In this document: piece after piece, positions 1 to 11,089 of the stretch
Layout: each line of letters starts with the position of its first letter
How positions within the stretch are numbered: position 1 is the first letter of the stretch
Source of the DNA: Mobula birostris
Lineage: Eukaryota
Length of the DNA: 64,000 bases
Direction: 5' to 3'
Assembly (NCBI RefSeq): GCF_030028105.1
Contig: NC_092400.1
Location: forward strand, 18,104,001-18,168,000
The notes under the pieces: generated by a model
The model's input: the letters and a program-made list of their open reading frames with translations, nothing else
What the model was told of the DNA's origin: nothing
Database searches by the model: none
Made by a program: the position numbers and the translations under genes

Positions 1-1192
1 TGCAAAAAGGCAATGTTACAACAGTCATGGTGGAATTCAATATGCAGGTAGATGGGGAAAATCAAGTTGGTGCTGCTGGATTACTGGAGTGAGGGGGGAT
101 TTCTAGAGTGCCTATGAGATGGCTTTCTAGAGCAGCTGGCGGTTGAGCCAGCTAGAAGACCAGCTATTCTGGATTGAGTGTTGTGCAATGAACCAGAATT
201 GATGAGAAACCTTAAGGTAAAAGAAACCTCAGGGGCAAGTGATCATAATTTGATTGAATTCACCCGGAAACCTGAGAAGGAGAAGCTAAAGTCAGATCTA
301 TCAGTATTACAGTGGAGTAAATGGAATTACAGAAGCATGAGAGAGTTGTCCAGAATTGATTGGAAAAAAACACTGGCAGGGATGACAGCACAGCAGCAAT
401 GGCTGGAATTTCTGGAAGCTATTCTGAAGACTGAGGATATATATATATATATATATATCCCAGAGAAGAAGAAGTATTTTTAAAGGAAAGATGACAAATC
501 ATGGCTAACAAGAGAAGTCAAAGCCAACATGAAAGCCAAAGGGAGGGAATATAACAAAGTGAAAAGTAGTGGGAAATTGGAGATTTGGGGAGCTTTTAAA
601 AAGCAACAGAAGGCAATAAGAATATCACTAGAAAGGTAAGGATGGGATACGGAAGTAAACTAACCAATAATATTAAAGAGTTTAATACCAACAGTTCCTT
701 CAGATACATAAAGTGTAAAAGAGAGGCGAGAGTGGATATTGAACCATTGTAAATGATACTGGAGTGGTAGTAATGGGGGCCTATGAAATAGCAGAGAAAC
801 AGAGTAATTATTTGGCATCAAATTTTACTGTGGAAGACACTAGCAGGATGGTGGAGGCTCCAGGGACAGGGATCATGAAGTGTGTGAAGTTACCATGACC
901 AGAGAGATGGTTCTTGGAAAGCTGGAAGGTCTGAAGGTAGATAAGTTACCTAGACCAGATAGTGTACACCCCAGGGGTCTGAAAGAAGTGTCTGAAGAGA
1001 TTGTGGAGGTATTAGTCATGATCTTTCAAGAATCACTAGCTTCTGGAATGGTTCTGGAAGATGGGAAAATTGCCAATGTCACTCCACTCTTCAAGAAAGG
1101 TGAGAGGAAGAAAAAGGAAACTATAGGCCAGTTCATCTCACCTCAGGGTTGGGAAGATGTCAAGAGTTGATTATTAAAGATGAGGTCTCAGG
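1..1192 (+). mobile_element. CR1-clade LINE ORF2 fragment (end of AP endonuclease to start of RT), degenerate; part of duplicated unit 1
   Basis: ORFs 178..483 (GASDHNLIEF) and 880..1170 (LKVDKLPRPDSVHPRGLKE, IANVTPLFKKG) are CR1 ORF2 motifs broken by stops and frameshifts. Confidence 0.9.
436..458. repeat. (TA)n microsatellite
   Basis: gatatatatatatatatatatat; the paralogous site at ~15411 has only atatatacat. Confidence 0.9.
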
Positions 1193-2065
1193 TGGCTGGT
1201 AAATTGGTCCAGCAGATGCCCTCAGTGAAATGAGCAGAATATTATTCAAATCCATCCAATTAAATATATTTAATTGCAGTTCCATGCACTTTACTCACAG
1301 AGTACAGAGAGATAACAACATTCCCCGAGTAGGTTTTCTGTTACCACAAATATCTGCTGAATGGAAGTTAAAAGTGAGTTCTGCTCTCCTTCATGCAGCC
1401 TGGCCATGATTCCCCATGCTTCTGGGAGGAGAGGTAGCAACAGTCTCTCAGGCCACACTCCATAATGATGTTTCTAATGTGGTGAGGCAGTTCAGTCCAT
1501 ATTAAAGTCATTCGCTGCTGCACAGCTGCCCTACTCATAGTTCTCAATAACTAGCGTACCTCTGCATACAAGCATGCATGCACTTAAATCACAAATATAT
1601 ATGTGAGCACACACATGCACACACGACCGTTCATCACAAAGTTCTTCCACATTCTAGCCTCCCCAATCCAACTATCTGCATGTGGGCAATCGTGCACCTG
1701 TGCATATACGTGTTGAAGTTCAGTCAGGTATGTGTGAAGTAATGGGGTAAATTACACCAGAAATATTTTGATAGGATTCCAGGGACAAAAAAAAAAACAA
1801 TCTGCTATCTCAGTTTCTCACATGCCCTTGTCTGTAAAGACATTCTTCACTAGGAATGTTCGGTGTTCATTCCTTTCAACACTGCCCTCTTGTGTTGGAG
1901 TTCTTTGCTGCAAACAATGATCCAGAACAGTCATTTCCAGAGAGTTAGAGCAAGTAAATCGCTGTCGGTTGACATTCCCAGATGGAGCCGACCAGGTTAG
2001 CAAGATTACTTTAACTTTAGTATACCAGAGAGGTTTTTACAATACTCTGGTAACTTCGTTGACAC

Positions 2066-2310
2066 CGATAAGACATAGGAGCAGAATTGGGCTAGTCGGC
2101 CCATCAATTCTGCTCCATCATTCCATCATGATTGATTTATTATTCTTCTCAACCCCATTCTCCTGTCACCTCCCTATAACCTTCGATGTTCTGATTAATC
2201 AAGAACCCATCTGCCTCCACTTTAAAAACACCCAATGATTTCACCGCCAGTTATCTGTGGCAAAGAATTCACCCTCTGGTTACAGAAGTGCATACTCATC
2301 TCTATTGTAA
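2066..2310 (-). mobile_element. CR1 3'-end / CR1-tailed SINE-like fragment (paralogs at ~17055-17310, ~25775-26020)
   Basis: ataagacataggagcagaatt...ggcaaagaattc...ccctctgg matches the CR1 3' ends seen at 58480-58860. Confidence 0.75.
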
Positions 2311-2729
2311 ATGCTGATCATCCATCTTCAATACAGATAACCTCTTTTCATTCCAGATTTCAAATTTGGAAATAAATTCCCTAATTTTGAACCAGCGCTT
2401 CCGTTCCTATCTCCAGCTCACTCGGAGATTTTTTTTTAAGAATCCGGTTCCAGTACCATCAGGATATGACTGCATGCAGTTTGGCTCCATCCCAGCAACT
2501 GCTAACATCACTTTCCTCCTGACTGAAAGTCCACAGGTAGGGTTGTTCTTGGATGAATAAATTACTGCTGATTCTGATGGACAGTCCAGCAACCTTCTAC
2601 CACTATAACGAGTAGAAGCCAGCTACAAAAGAGACACGGAGGCTGAGTTCATCTGTGGAAGCGGCTGTTTATATGGAAAGAGGATATCTTAAATACCCAT
2701 ACACAACACAGAACACTTTCCTTTAAACC

Positions 2730-2806
2730 AGGGTTTCCAACATGTGGTCCACCACCCCCCGTTTAATTGTAAGGCCCCATGGCATACAAAAGAATGGGAA
2801 AACTGC
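2730..2806. mobile_element. Old ~80-bp hAT MITE relic in the 3' flank of the GPCR (also ~17730-17806, ~26450-26520)
   Basis: cagggtttccaac...ggcata(c)aaaa...gggaaaactg resembles the caggggttcccaac TIR family seen at 12506, 41681 and 63985. Confidence 0.55.
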
Positions 2807-3091
2807 TTGAAAGTAAGGAAAAGTTTCTTAAGGAATAAGCTCTGAAATAAACTAAGCTTCGTAGAGATAAGATGCAATTTCTTCTCTACATAAAGGGTAG
2901 TGTCTTACGGAATTTGTTCGTTAAGATCGACTTATCCCTCACAAAAATATTACCATTTGATCACTTTCTCCTTTCGGGCGCATTAATCAGCTTTGCTTTA
3001 AGGGCATCTAGTTCACGCAGAGCGGGAGCCATCAGAAAGCGGTTACAGAGCTCGTTTGCTGATCCAAAGTCCGGCGCTCTTTGGATGTTCC

Positions 3092-4033
3092 TTATACAGT
3101 GGTTGATCTGCAACAGTTTAAATTAAGACCAAGAGCTTTCTCCAAAGCATGTTGAAACTGCGAGGTTGAAAAATAGTAAATAATGGGATCGACCACACTG
3201 TTCAGATACGTTATAAACAACGTATTGTAAAATATATTCACTGCTGTGTGATACGACTTGCAGTCAGATGGACTTAGTTTAGTCACCAAAACCGCAACCA
3301 CAGCAACACTGGTGGGCAAGAAAAAAATGACAAAAACCGCAGCCACGGCTATCACAAGTTTCACAGTTCGCTTATATTTAGCCCGCATTCCAGCTTCCAT
3401 CTGCCGTAACCTCCAGATGATGGAGGACGTAGAGAACAGGATAACTGAAACTGGCAAAAGAAACTTAAAGAATATAAAAATAAAGTCAGTCCAAACTGTT
3501 GTGGGACTCAGAGCCTTGTTTATGCTGAAAGGCTCACAGTTTGTCAGGTTGTGTTGTTCGAAGAGATGTTTGTCTATCAGCAAGTGCAAGCAAATAGCCA
3601 CCGCTACAATCCACAGACCGCCTGCTATCATCACCGCACACCTTGTAGAGATCTTGTTTACCTTGTGGAGTGGATGGACCACCTTAAAATAACGATCGAT
3701 CGCAATAACCATGAGGAAAAAGATGCTGCCAATCCGGTTCAGGGAAATCATGAATATGTTCAGTCGACACAGTCCATCACCAAATCTCCAGTCCTTCCCT
3801 CGGATAAAATAAACAGCCCGAAAAGGTAGACAGCACATTAACAGAGTGTCCGCAATCATGAGATTCAGTGAATACACAATACTTGGTTTCCGCGACTTCA
3901 CATGAACACAAAAGATCCACAAAGCAATCGTATTTCCAGCAAGCCCGAGGATTAATGTGATAATAATTACGGGCGGGTTGTAGGATGAGTTAACATCTTC
4001 ACCAAAAGCACATTGCGGGGTCGAGTTCGCCAT
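3092..4033 (-). CDS. Hydroxycarboxylic acid receptor / oxoeicosanoid receptor-like class A GPCR, copy 1 (313 aa; C-tail shortened by a premature stop)
   Basis: Intronless 7TM ORF: GN (TM1), IAD..LPFR (TM2), CRL..NR.GS..DRY (TM3, Arg3.36), VVHP, ECL2 CEPF, FLP (TM6), YLNS..DPIIYYFS (TM7). Confidence 0.93.
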   Translation of the reverse strand: MANSTPQCAFGEDVNSSYNPPVIIITLILGLAGNTIALWIFCVHVKSRKPSIVYSLNLMIADTLLMCCLPFRAVYFIRGKDWRFGDGLCRLNIFMISLNRIGSIFFLMVIAIDRYFKVVHPLHKVNKISTRCAVMIAGGLWIVAVAICLHLLIDKHLFEQHNLTNCEPFSINKALSPTTVWTDFIFIFFKFLLPVSVILFSTSSIIWRLRQMEAGMRAKYKRTVKLVIAVAAVFVIFFLPTSVAVVAVLVTKLSPSDCKSYHTAVNIFYNTLFITYLNSVVDPIIYYFSTSQFQHALEKALGLNLNCCRSTTV

Positions 4034-4119
4034 TGTGCGAAAAAGTCAAGTTGTGTCCGGGGAGAGCAAACTCGATCAGAGACGAACAACATGTAAAGTT
4101 GATCTTCGAATGTGTTTGT

Positions 4120-4205
4120 TTCCCTGTGGGTGAAGTATATGGGCGGGGTGAAATAGTCAGAGCACCAATAAATTGTGCGATCGAATCATCAATTCCAGGA
4201 AAACT
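4120..4205 (-). promoter_or_regulatory. Candidate proximal promoter module: GC box, CCAAT, STAT/GAS site TTCCAGGAA
   Basis: gggcgggg 4141-4148, ccaat ~4165, ttccaggaa 4193-4201; conserved in all four paralogous upstream regions. Confidence 0.45.
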
Positions 4206-4334
4206 AGAAGCATCAGCGTTTAAATTAAGCAGCAAACAATGAAATATATTTAGCTTTCGTTGCCAGGCATAAAATTGTACAATACTTAGTTTTGCTGTTG
4301 AATGCTTGAATAATTTTATATTAAAATTAATGAG

Positions 4335-4570
4335 ACGTAATTTTATGCTGATTGGAGGAAAGTGTAGGGGGACGTCGGAGGCAGAGTTCTTTACGCAGCA
4401 AGGTTGGGTGCGAGGAACACGCTGTCAGGTTTGGTGGTAGAGGCAGATACATTAGGGGCATTTCAGAAACTGTTAGGCAGGCACATGGATGATAGGAAAA
4501 TGGAGGACTGTGCAGAAGGGAAAAGTCAGACTGATCTCAAAGTCGATTAAAATGTCGCCAACATTGTACT
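4335..4570 (+). mobile_element. CR1 3'-end fragment (paralogs ~19345-19520, ~19865-20090, ~28075-28295)
   Basis: gtggtagaggcagatacattaggggcatttcag...gcacatggatgataggaaaatggagg. Confidence 0.7.
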
Positions 4571-4934
4571 GTAATACGACATGTTCTTTAAAAAGGGGGC
4601 TGTTCTGTAATAGAAATCAACCCCAAAAATTATATCACTCTGTTATTGAAGTTATTCTTGCAAAATCTCCTGACGACAAATGATATCAAAATGCATTTGG
4701 ATAAGAATTAAAAACAGAAACGAAGAAAACTCCCAGCATGTCAACTATTGAAAGAAGAGCTTATGCTTCAGTGTGCAGGTCTTCCTTTTTTTGTTTCGAT
4801 TTCGGCAGTTTTTTGTTTTTTGACGTGGAGATGCCTCTCTGCACATCACCTGATATCAGCGAAGGTGCTCTATTTAACACACTCTTTTTATTTACAGGAA
4901 ATATAATAGAGACGTCCTCTGGTTTGGGGAAGTG

Positions 4935-5370
4935 ATCAGCCCGGAATGGGATCTGACAGCGAATTAACCAGAGACTAGATTCGGCGAATACACGACATTG
5001 TATTCGGATTTCATTATTTTTGAACACCAGGGGTATAGGTAGAGTAAATGCAAGCAGCGGTTTTCACTGAAATTGGGTGCGACGGCAATTAGATATCCTG
5101 GGCTCAGGGGGGAAACTGAAAAGTTTAAGGGGAACAGGAGGGGAAACTTCTTCACTCGGAGGGTCGTGAGAGTGTGGAACGAGCTGATAGCACAAGTGGT
5201 GCATGAAAGCTCAATTTAAAAGTTTAATAGAAGTTTGCATAGGTACGTGGATGGTAGAGCTGTGGAAGGCTATGGTACCGGCGCAGGTCAATGCGAACAG
5301 GCAGATTAAATGGTTTCCTACGCAATAGATAGGCCAAAGGGCATTTTCTGTCCTGTACGTTTCTATGTTT
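4935..5370 (+). mobile_element. CR1 3'-end fragment
   Basis: gggaaacttcttcactcggagggtcgtgagagtgtggaacgagctg (FF..RVV..WN.L motif) followed by a CR1-type tail. Confidence 0.75.
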
Positions 5371-5394
5371 CAGATTTTACATGAAGATAAAACA

Positions 5395-6545
5395 TCTACA
5401 AAGCAGTTGCATTTCTTACTAGTCCTAGGCCGATTGTTGTAATATTTACTGGTGGGCTGCGAGCAGAATTGACTACCTCGATGGAGGCACGTTGCTGGGC
5501 TGAATTGTCCATTGTTCCAAACGCCGCCGTAAACACAGTCACAGTCTCCGATACAAGAAAACTTATTCAAAGATGAAAATATCTGCATACAGCAAAATTC
5601 AGTACATCGGTAAGTTGTGTCCAAAATTTTCTTAGCAGTGCTGCAAAGATTTAACTCAATGAAATACATCCAGCAATATTAACAGAATTTAATAGCTACT
5701 CGATATGATATTACGTACATAAACCATTTTTTGTCCTATCAAAGCTATGAAACTTTCTTTGTTATTCAGGGTTCACTCCCAATTCAGTTGAAATGCACCT
5801 TCTCTACCTAAACTAAAGTTCCCCATTTGGAAGCCCACCCTACTGCTTCTCCTGTACAAACGGGTAATTTGGTCCAACAGGTGCCCTCAATGAGATAAGC
5901 AGAATATTACAGTACTCAAATCCATCTCCTTGATTATACAGAACTGCTGTTCCATACACTTTACTCACAGAGTACAGAGAGACCACAGTATTCCCAGTAT
6001 CGACTATCTGTTACCACAACGATCTGCTGAATGAAGGTTAAAAGTGATTTCTACTCTCCTTCATGCAACCTGGACATGATTTACCATGGTTGTAGGAGGG
6101 GAGGCAGCAATAGATCCTCGGGCCACACTCCCACATGGTGTTAGTAACGTGGTGAGGCAGTTCAGTCTGTATTCAAGTCAGTCACTGCTGCCCTACTCAT
6201 AGCAATAAATACCGGGCATACATATGCATGAACGCACTTAAGGCACAAATATATATGTGAGCACACACATGCAAACGCACAACCATGCATCAATCACAAA
6301 GTTCTTCCACATTCTAGTCACCCCAATGCAACTACCTGCATGCGTAAGTGTAAAATAATGGGACTACGGTCACCAGAAATATTTTGATTGGATTCTGGGG
6401 AGAAAAACAAACCTGCTGTCTCTCATGTCCTTGTTTGTAAAGATATTCTTCACAAGGAGTGTTCATATCTTTCAACACTGCCATCTTGTGTTGGGCGTCT
6501 ATGCTGCAAACAATGATCCACGAAAGTCATTTCCAACGAATTCAA
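5395..6545. repeat. Older, gene-less paralog of the duplicated unit (block Z plus block X without the CR1 insert)
   Basis: 5395-5670 resembles 14720-14985 and 23500-23770; 5862-6545 resembles 1195-1945 but is more diverged. Confidence 0.8.
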
Positions 6546-6659
6546 GATCAAATAAATTTAGGAGAGAGTAATTTTCCCAAGAACAGTCACATTGCCCTTA
6601 TCAGCAGGTTTGACGACAATGCAAGAGTCAGTTTTATGCTTGGTTTAAAAAAATAACTG

Positions 6660-7095
6660 ATCCTCTTGACCACGTCGGCTTTTTTTCATGCATTGAGTTC
6701 CAGCCACGTGAACCACCAGGTTCAAGAACAGTTACTACCCCTCAACCATCAGGCTCTTGAATTAAAAGAGAATAACTTGACTCATTCTATTTCTCGTGTT
6801 CCCACAACCACTGATTTCACGTTAAGGACGCTTTATCTTATTATTTCATGTTCTCGTTAGATATTGCTATTTACTTATATTTGAGTTTGCAGTCTGTTGT
6901 TCATCGATCCTGTTTACAGTTATGTGATCTATAGATTTGCTGAGTATGCCCGCAGGAAAAAGAATCTCAGGGTTGTATGTGGTGACACGTATGAGCTCCG
7001 ATATTAAATTTTACTTTGAAATTTGAACATGATTGGCTGATTAGATTAATGAGCAAGGGACAGGTGTACCTAATAAAGTGGCCACTGGGTGTGTA
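6660..7095. mobile_element. End of a Tc1-like non-autonomous element with a nested Rex1-like 3' tail (6712-7027)
   Basis: Ends gtgtacctaataaagtggccactgggtgt (Tc1-type TIR); nested accaccaggttcaagaacagttactaccc...ttactttgaaatttgaa. Confidence 0.65.
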
Positions 7096-7360
7096 TTGGG
7101 ATTTAGGCAAAAGTCCATACTGACCACTGTGAGTGGAAGGCTACTACAGGTACAGTACCTGATGACCAGAATTCCCAGGAGTCCTGCTGATCTCAATTTG
7201 GAAAAATACTTCTGATTCCAAAGGACCTCACAGAGATCAGAGCAGACCTGCAGTCAGATTATTTAACCAGTGGAAACAATAGCCTGTTGAAGATCAGCGG
7301 CACCAATCTGATCACTTGGACCTCTATCAAGTTTCCTCATATAGCCTGTGAGTTATCCTT

Positions 7361-7950
7361 AGGAGGAGACAATGGCGCCTTTGCTTGCACCTACGGAACA
7401 GCTCTATTTCCATCTTTAATATCTCTATTTTCCCCTTTCGGGGTTCTTTTCACGATCCTGACCTGGAGTTACACGCTGACTGCGGGAACCGCTCTCGGGG
7501 TTTCACGACTGGCCGTTATTCGATATGCCGGGGATGCAGCCTGATAGAGTTAGCTCGCCTTCGGAGCTCTGGGATCTCGTGGCTCTGGAGACGGGCGGAC
7601 CGAAGGTCGGTGCCTCTGCAGAAATCCGGTGTCGTGGGAGATGGAAGATCGAAAGCAGCGAGCTGGCTGCTGGCTGTGCGCCCAGAGACCCGAGTTCTTT
7701 GGGCACAGAGCTCCGAAAAAGCGACGCAATAGACTTTTAACATCGTAAATCAGCGAGTTGCTTGATATGTCTCCCCTCTCGCTGCGAAACGGAGACATCT
7801 CTTTTTCTCTTATTAGGGAGAGAGGTTTAACTGTCATTCATTCTTTGGAGGCACTCCGCTGTTTTCATGGATGTTTGCGAAGAAAAAGGATTTCAGGATG
7901 TGTGTTGTATACATTTCTCTGATATTAAATGTACCTTTGAAACCTTTGAA
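7361..7950 (+). mobile_element. Short non-autonomous retroelement (GC-rich body, AATGGCG start, TTTGAA tail)
   Basis: Absent from the paralogous site at ~32000-32020; ends attaaatgtacctttgaaacctttgaa. Confidence 0.7.
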
Positions 7951-8299
7951 ATCCCCAGTCCTCATGCTGAGACATACAATCTGAATTCAAGCCTTTGTGT
8001 TGCAATGTTCCAGACAATCCTTCATTGCCATCTCCATTTCTACTTCACTGAAGGCCTTTAGCCTTCCTCCAGTCTTGGTGCCGTCTCTGTGAGCACAACT
8101 GCCTCATTCCACAAATGCAAGGTACCATCTGACTTTGGGGATCCCTGGCCCACAGCTGCTCAAAGTACAGAAGGGGCTTTCATGATGGAACTGAGAAGCT
8201 CATGCCCATACTTCAGAACCGCAAGGTGGAGCACAGCACCTCACCTACACCCACCCAACACCCTGTCAGGAAGCACTTGCCAATCTGTGCAGGATCATA

Positions 8300-8620
8300 A
8301 AAGCATAAGGTATCCGATTGGAATTAGGCTAAACAGACCAGCAAATCTGCTCTACTACTTAAGCATGTCTGAGTTTCTGTTTGCAACTCCATTCTCCCAA
8401 CTTCATCCTATAACTGTTAACCCCACTTAATAATCAAGAACCTACAAATCTTTATCTTAAATGCACTCAATGATTTGACCTCCTCCACCCTATATGACAA
8501 TGAATTCCAAAGATTCCCCATACTCTGCCTGAGGAAATTCCTCATCTCAGTTCTAGTGAGATGTCCCCTTATTCTGAGACTGTGCCTTTGGGTACTAGAT
8601 CATTGGATTCTCTCCTAATA
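8300..8620 (-). mobile_element. CR1 3'-end fragment (paralog 32740-33085)
   Basis: tgacaatgaattccaaagattcccca...gaggaaattcctcatctc. Confidence 0.7.
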
Positions 8621-8974
8621 ATGCACAGAAACAGTTCCCAACACAAGGTAGCGGCAAATGGCCGGACCAACCTAGCGAAGGTATCGACACAGAGACAGTT
8701 CAAAACAATGACAGACAGTTCCTTATCTAGACGCAGCAAGGCTACAGTCTTGCTCCGGCAGTAGAACTTGACAAGGTTGCAGGTAAGGCTTCAGAAGGAA
8801 GGGGAAGGGAAGGGAACAGTTCAGCTCAGGGTAACGGCAAAGACGGCCTGGCTTACCCAACGGAGGCAAGGACAGGAAGGGACAGATCCAACCATAGGGT
8901 AACAGCAAAGACAGCCTGACTTACCCCATGGAGGCAAGGACAGGATACTGATGAGACGAACCAGCCCCTACACT

Positions 8975-11089
8975 TCTTCTTCTTTTTTTTGTTTAATGGC
9001 GGTTGGCAACCAGCTTTCAGTGCATTACTGCCATCTGCTAGACTTGTGGTGTTCCAACCAAATATGTCCTGGAGTTCAAACAACAGGAATTCTGCAGATG
9101 CTGGAAATTCAAGCAACACACATCAAAGTTGCTGGTGAACGCAGCAGGCCAGTCAGCATCTCTAGGAAGAGGTACAGTCGACGTTTCAGGCCGAGACCCT
9201 TCATTCTGGAGTTCTCTACTTTAAACATTCTAGTTCAACCTGCAGTTATTTATTCGCATCACTCTGTAGTTCCAATTCTCGTGAATGCTTAATGCGCTCA
9301 TTAGATAATGCCGCAAACTGCTATTCTTCCCTAATTATGTCACGTTTTCGCGTAGTCGCATTACCTCAATTACATTGATTTCATCTACAACACTTGTAAG
9401 ACAAAAACCTTGTTAAAGAATAGTAATTATCACACGTTATACTTTCAAACTTCTTGTTTTGCCAAGTCTATCTGCTTTTTCAGGTTTTCCTTTATTTGGA
9501 TCGTAGCCTGCAGTTGATTGCTGAGACCTCGGAGTTCTTCTTCATTTGCTTCCGTGTTTTCATTTTATAATCTGAATGTAGATAATTCACTTTGCAACAA
9601 ATTCTTTTTCCTTTTGTATCCTTGTAATAATTTCCTCCATTTTCCAATCTCTTTCCAACTCACCGTTGTTCTTGTCGGGTACTTCTGTTTGTTGTTGTAG
9701 TTCTGCACATTTACCCTGGGCTTCAACCATAAAATCTGAGGATTTTCCTTAAGTTCTGAAACATTTCTTAAATTTTTGACCATTTGCAATAAGTATACTG
9801 CCATTGAGATTCCATCTCCCCTGCCTGTGAACTGTTGTATCCTCCATTCAGCATTTCTTTGACTTCTTCCCACCTAATTCCTTTAATACCAAGATACTTT
9901 TCAGCAGACTTGACGATAATTTTAATTTTCTCAGTCCTTTTGCTTGTTTGCGCTGAACAATTAATTACATCCACCATAAAAAGCATGAACTCCTTTCTAC
10001 TCATTAATAGTGTATCCTTATTTTTCATATTACAGCTCTCACAATTCACTAGTTTATTATTGCCTGTATTTGTTTGCTTGACAGCCTTTTTTCATCAAAT
10101 TCTTTCACTGCCTCCGCATAACTGATTCCTTGAGTTACTTTTACATATTGTATCTCAGCCGCCTTCTTGCTATAAATGCACCCTCGATAAGCTGCGCTGT
10201 GTTCCTCGCCACAATTGCAGCATTTCAGCCTAGCGCTCGCTTCACATTTCCCATATTCATGTATTCCAGCGCATCTCCCACATCTTTGTTTTTCTCTGCA
10301 GACCACCGCAATGTGCCCGAATTTCTGACATTTATAGCATCTTAAAGGCGGTGGTATATATATTCTAACCGCATAACACATATACCCTAAGTAAACATTA
10401 GTCGGCAATACCTCCATCAAAGTTAATCATTACCTATAAACTACCACACTTTTTCCCATTTCTTGTAACTTTCAAACATTTGGCCTCAATAATTTTTGCT
10501 CCTTTTATGTTCTGTTTAATCTCATCCATAGTAACTTTTGTTGATATCCCCAAAATAACTCCTTCAGTCCACTTTCTATTGTTGGGTATCAAGCATTGTA
10601 CTTCTTTGCTGTCTATTTTACATAAACATCACTTTACCTTGCTGAAAACTATCCCGACAAATCACTGATAGCGATCCATTTCATAAAGTCTTTGCTCCTT
10701 TAATCTCACCTAGAATTTTGTTGAGCATCTTCATCAAATGAATCAGGTTCCACTCACCAAATAACATCCCATCTTCACTTAGTTTTATAATTGCTTTAAT
10801 TTCATCTTCTTTCCATTGTTTTGCTGTCCTGCTTTGATCATCCACTGATTCCTCAGAGTTTGATATCCCGTACCTCTGCTTACTTTTCTTCCTCCTTTCA
10901 TTCTGTTCCTCTTTCCCACCGACCTTCATCTCCAGTTCACTTCCACTCTCGCCAAAAACTTCCTTCAACATGCTGGGCTCTTTCCTTGATGTTCTCTCTC
11001 TCTGCCATTTTCCAGTCATAACTCAACTTAACCACAGTTCACCAGACTCAGCACAGCCAGCCACCTATGCTAAATGCTGCATTGCAATC
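8975..11089 (-). mobile_element. I/Nimb-like LINE derivative: frameshifted gag-like ORF1 with three CCHC knuckles, ORF2 nearly all deleted, A-rich/(AAG)n tail
   Basis: TSD ccagcccctacact at 8961-8974 and 11090-11103; ORF 10049..10420 has CYKCQKFGHIAVVC, CGRCAGIHEYGKC, CCNCGEEHSAAYRGC; ORF2 start remnants LIANGQKFKK and WLKP near 9790-9715. Confidence 0.85.
9078..9205 (-). mobile_element. Penelope-like terminal-repeat insertion (truncated within the hammerhead core)
   Basis: 9-bp TSD ctggagttc (9069-9077, 9206-9214); reverse complement reads atgaagggtctcggcctgaaacgtcgactg. Confidence 0.8.

Larger units (their letters stand above)
1..4510. repeat. Segmental duplication unit 1 (CR1 - block X - GPCR - upstream region), homologous to ~14985-19520 and ~23770-28230
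   Basis: Direct sequence match at an offset of ~15.0 kb (e.g. 2461-3090 vs 17461-18090) and ~23.7 kb. Confidence 0.95.

Noticed and set aside
3258-3829. Plus-strand ORFs recurring in all three units (also 18261-18835, 26963-27549)
   Set aside because: Antisense shadows of the GPCR coding sequence; they recur only because the gene is duplicated, and their stops vary between copies
10049-10420. CCHC zinc-knuckle ORF as a host gene or retroviral gag
   Set aside because: Lies in a frameshifted, tailed, TSD-flanked non-LTR element
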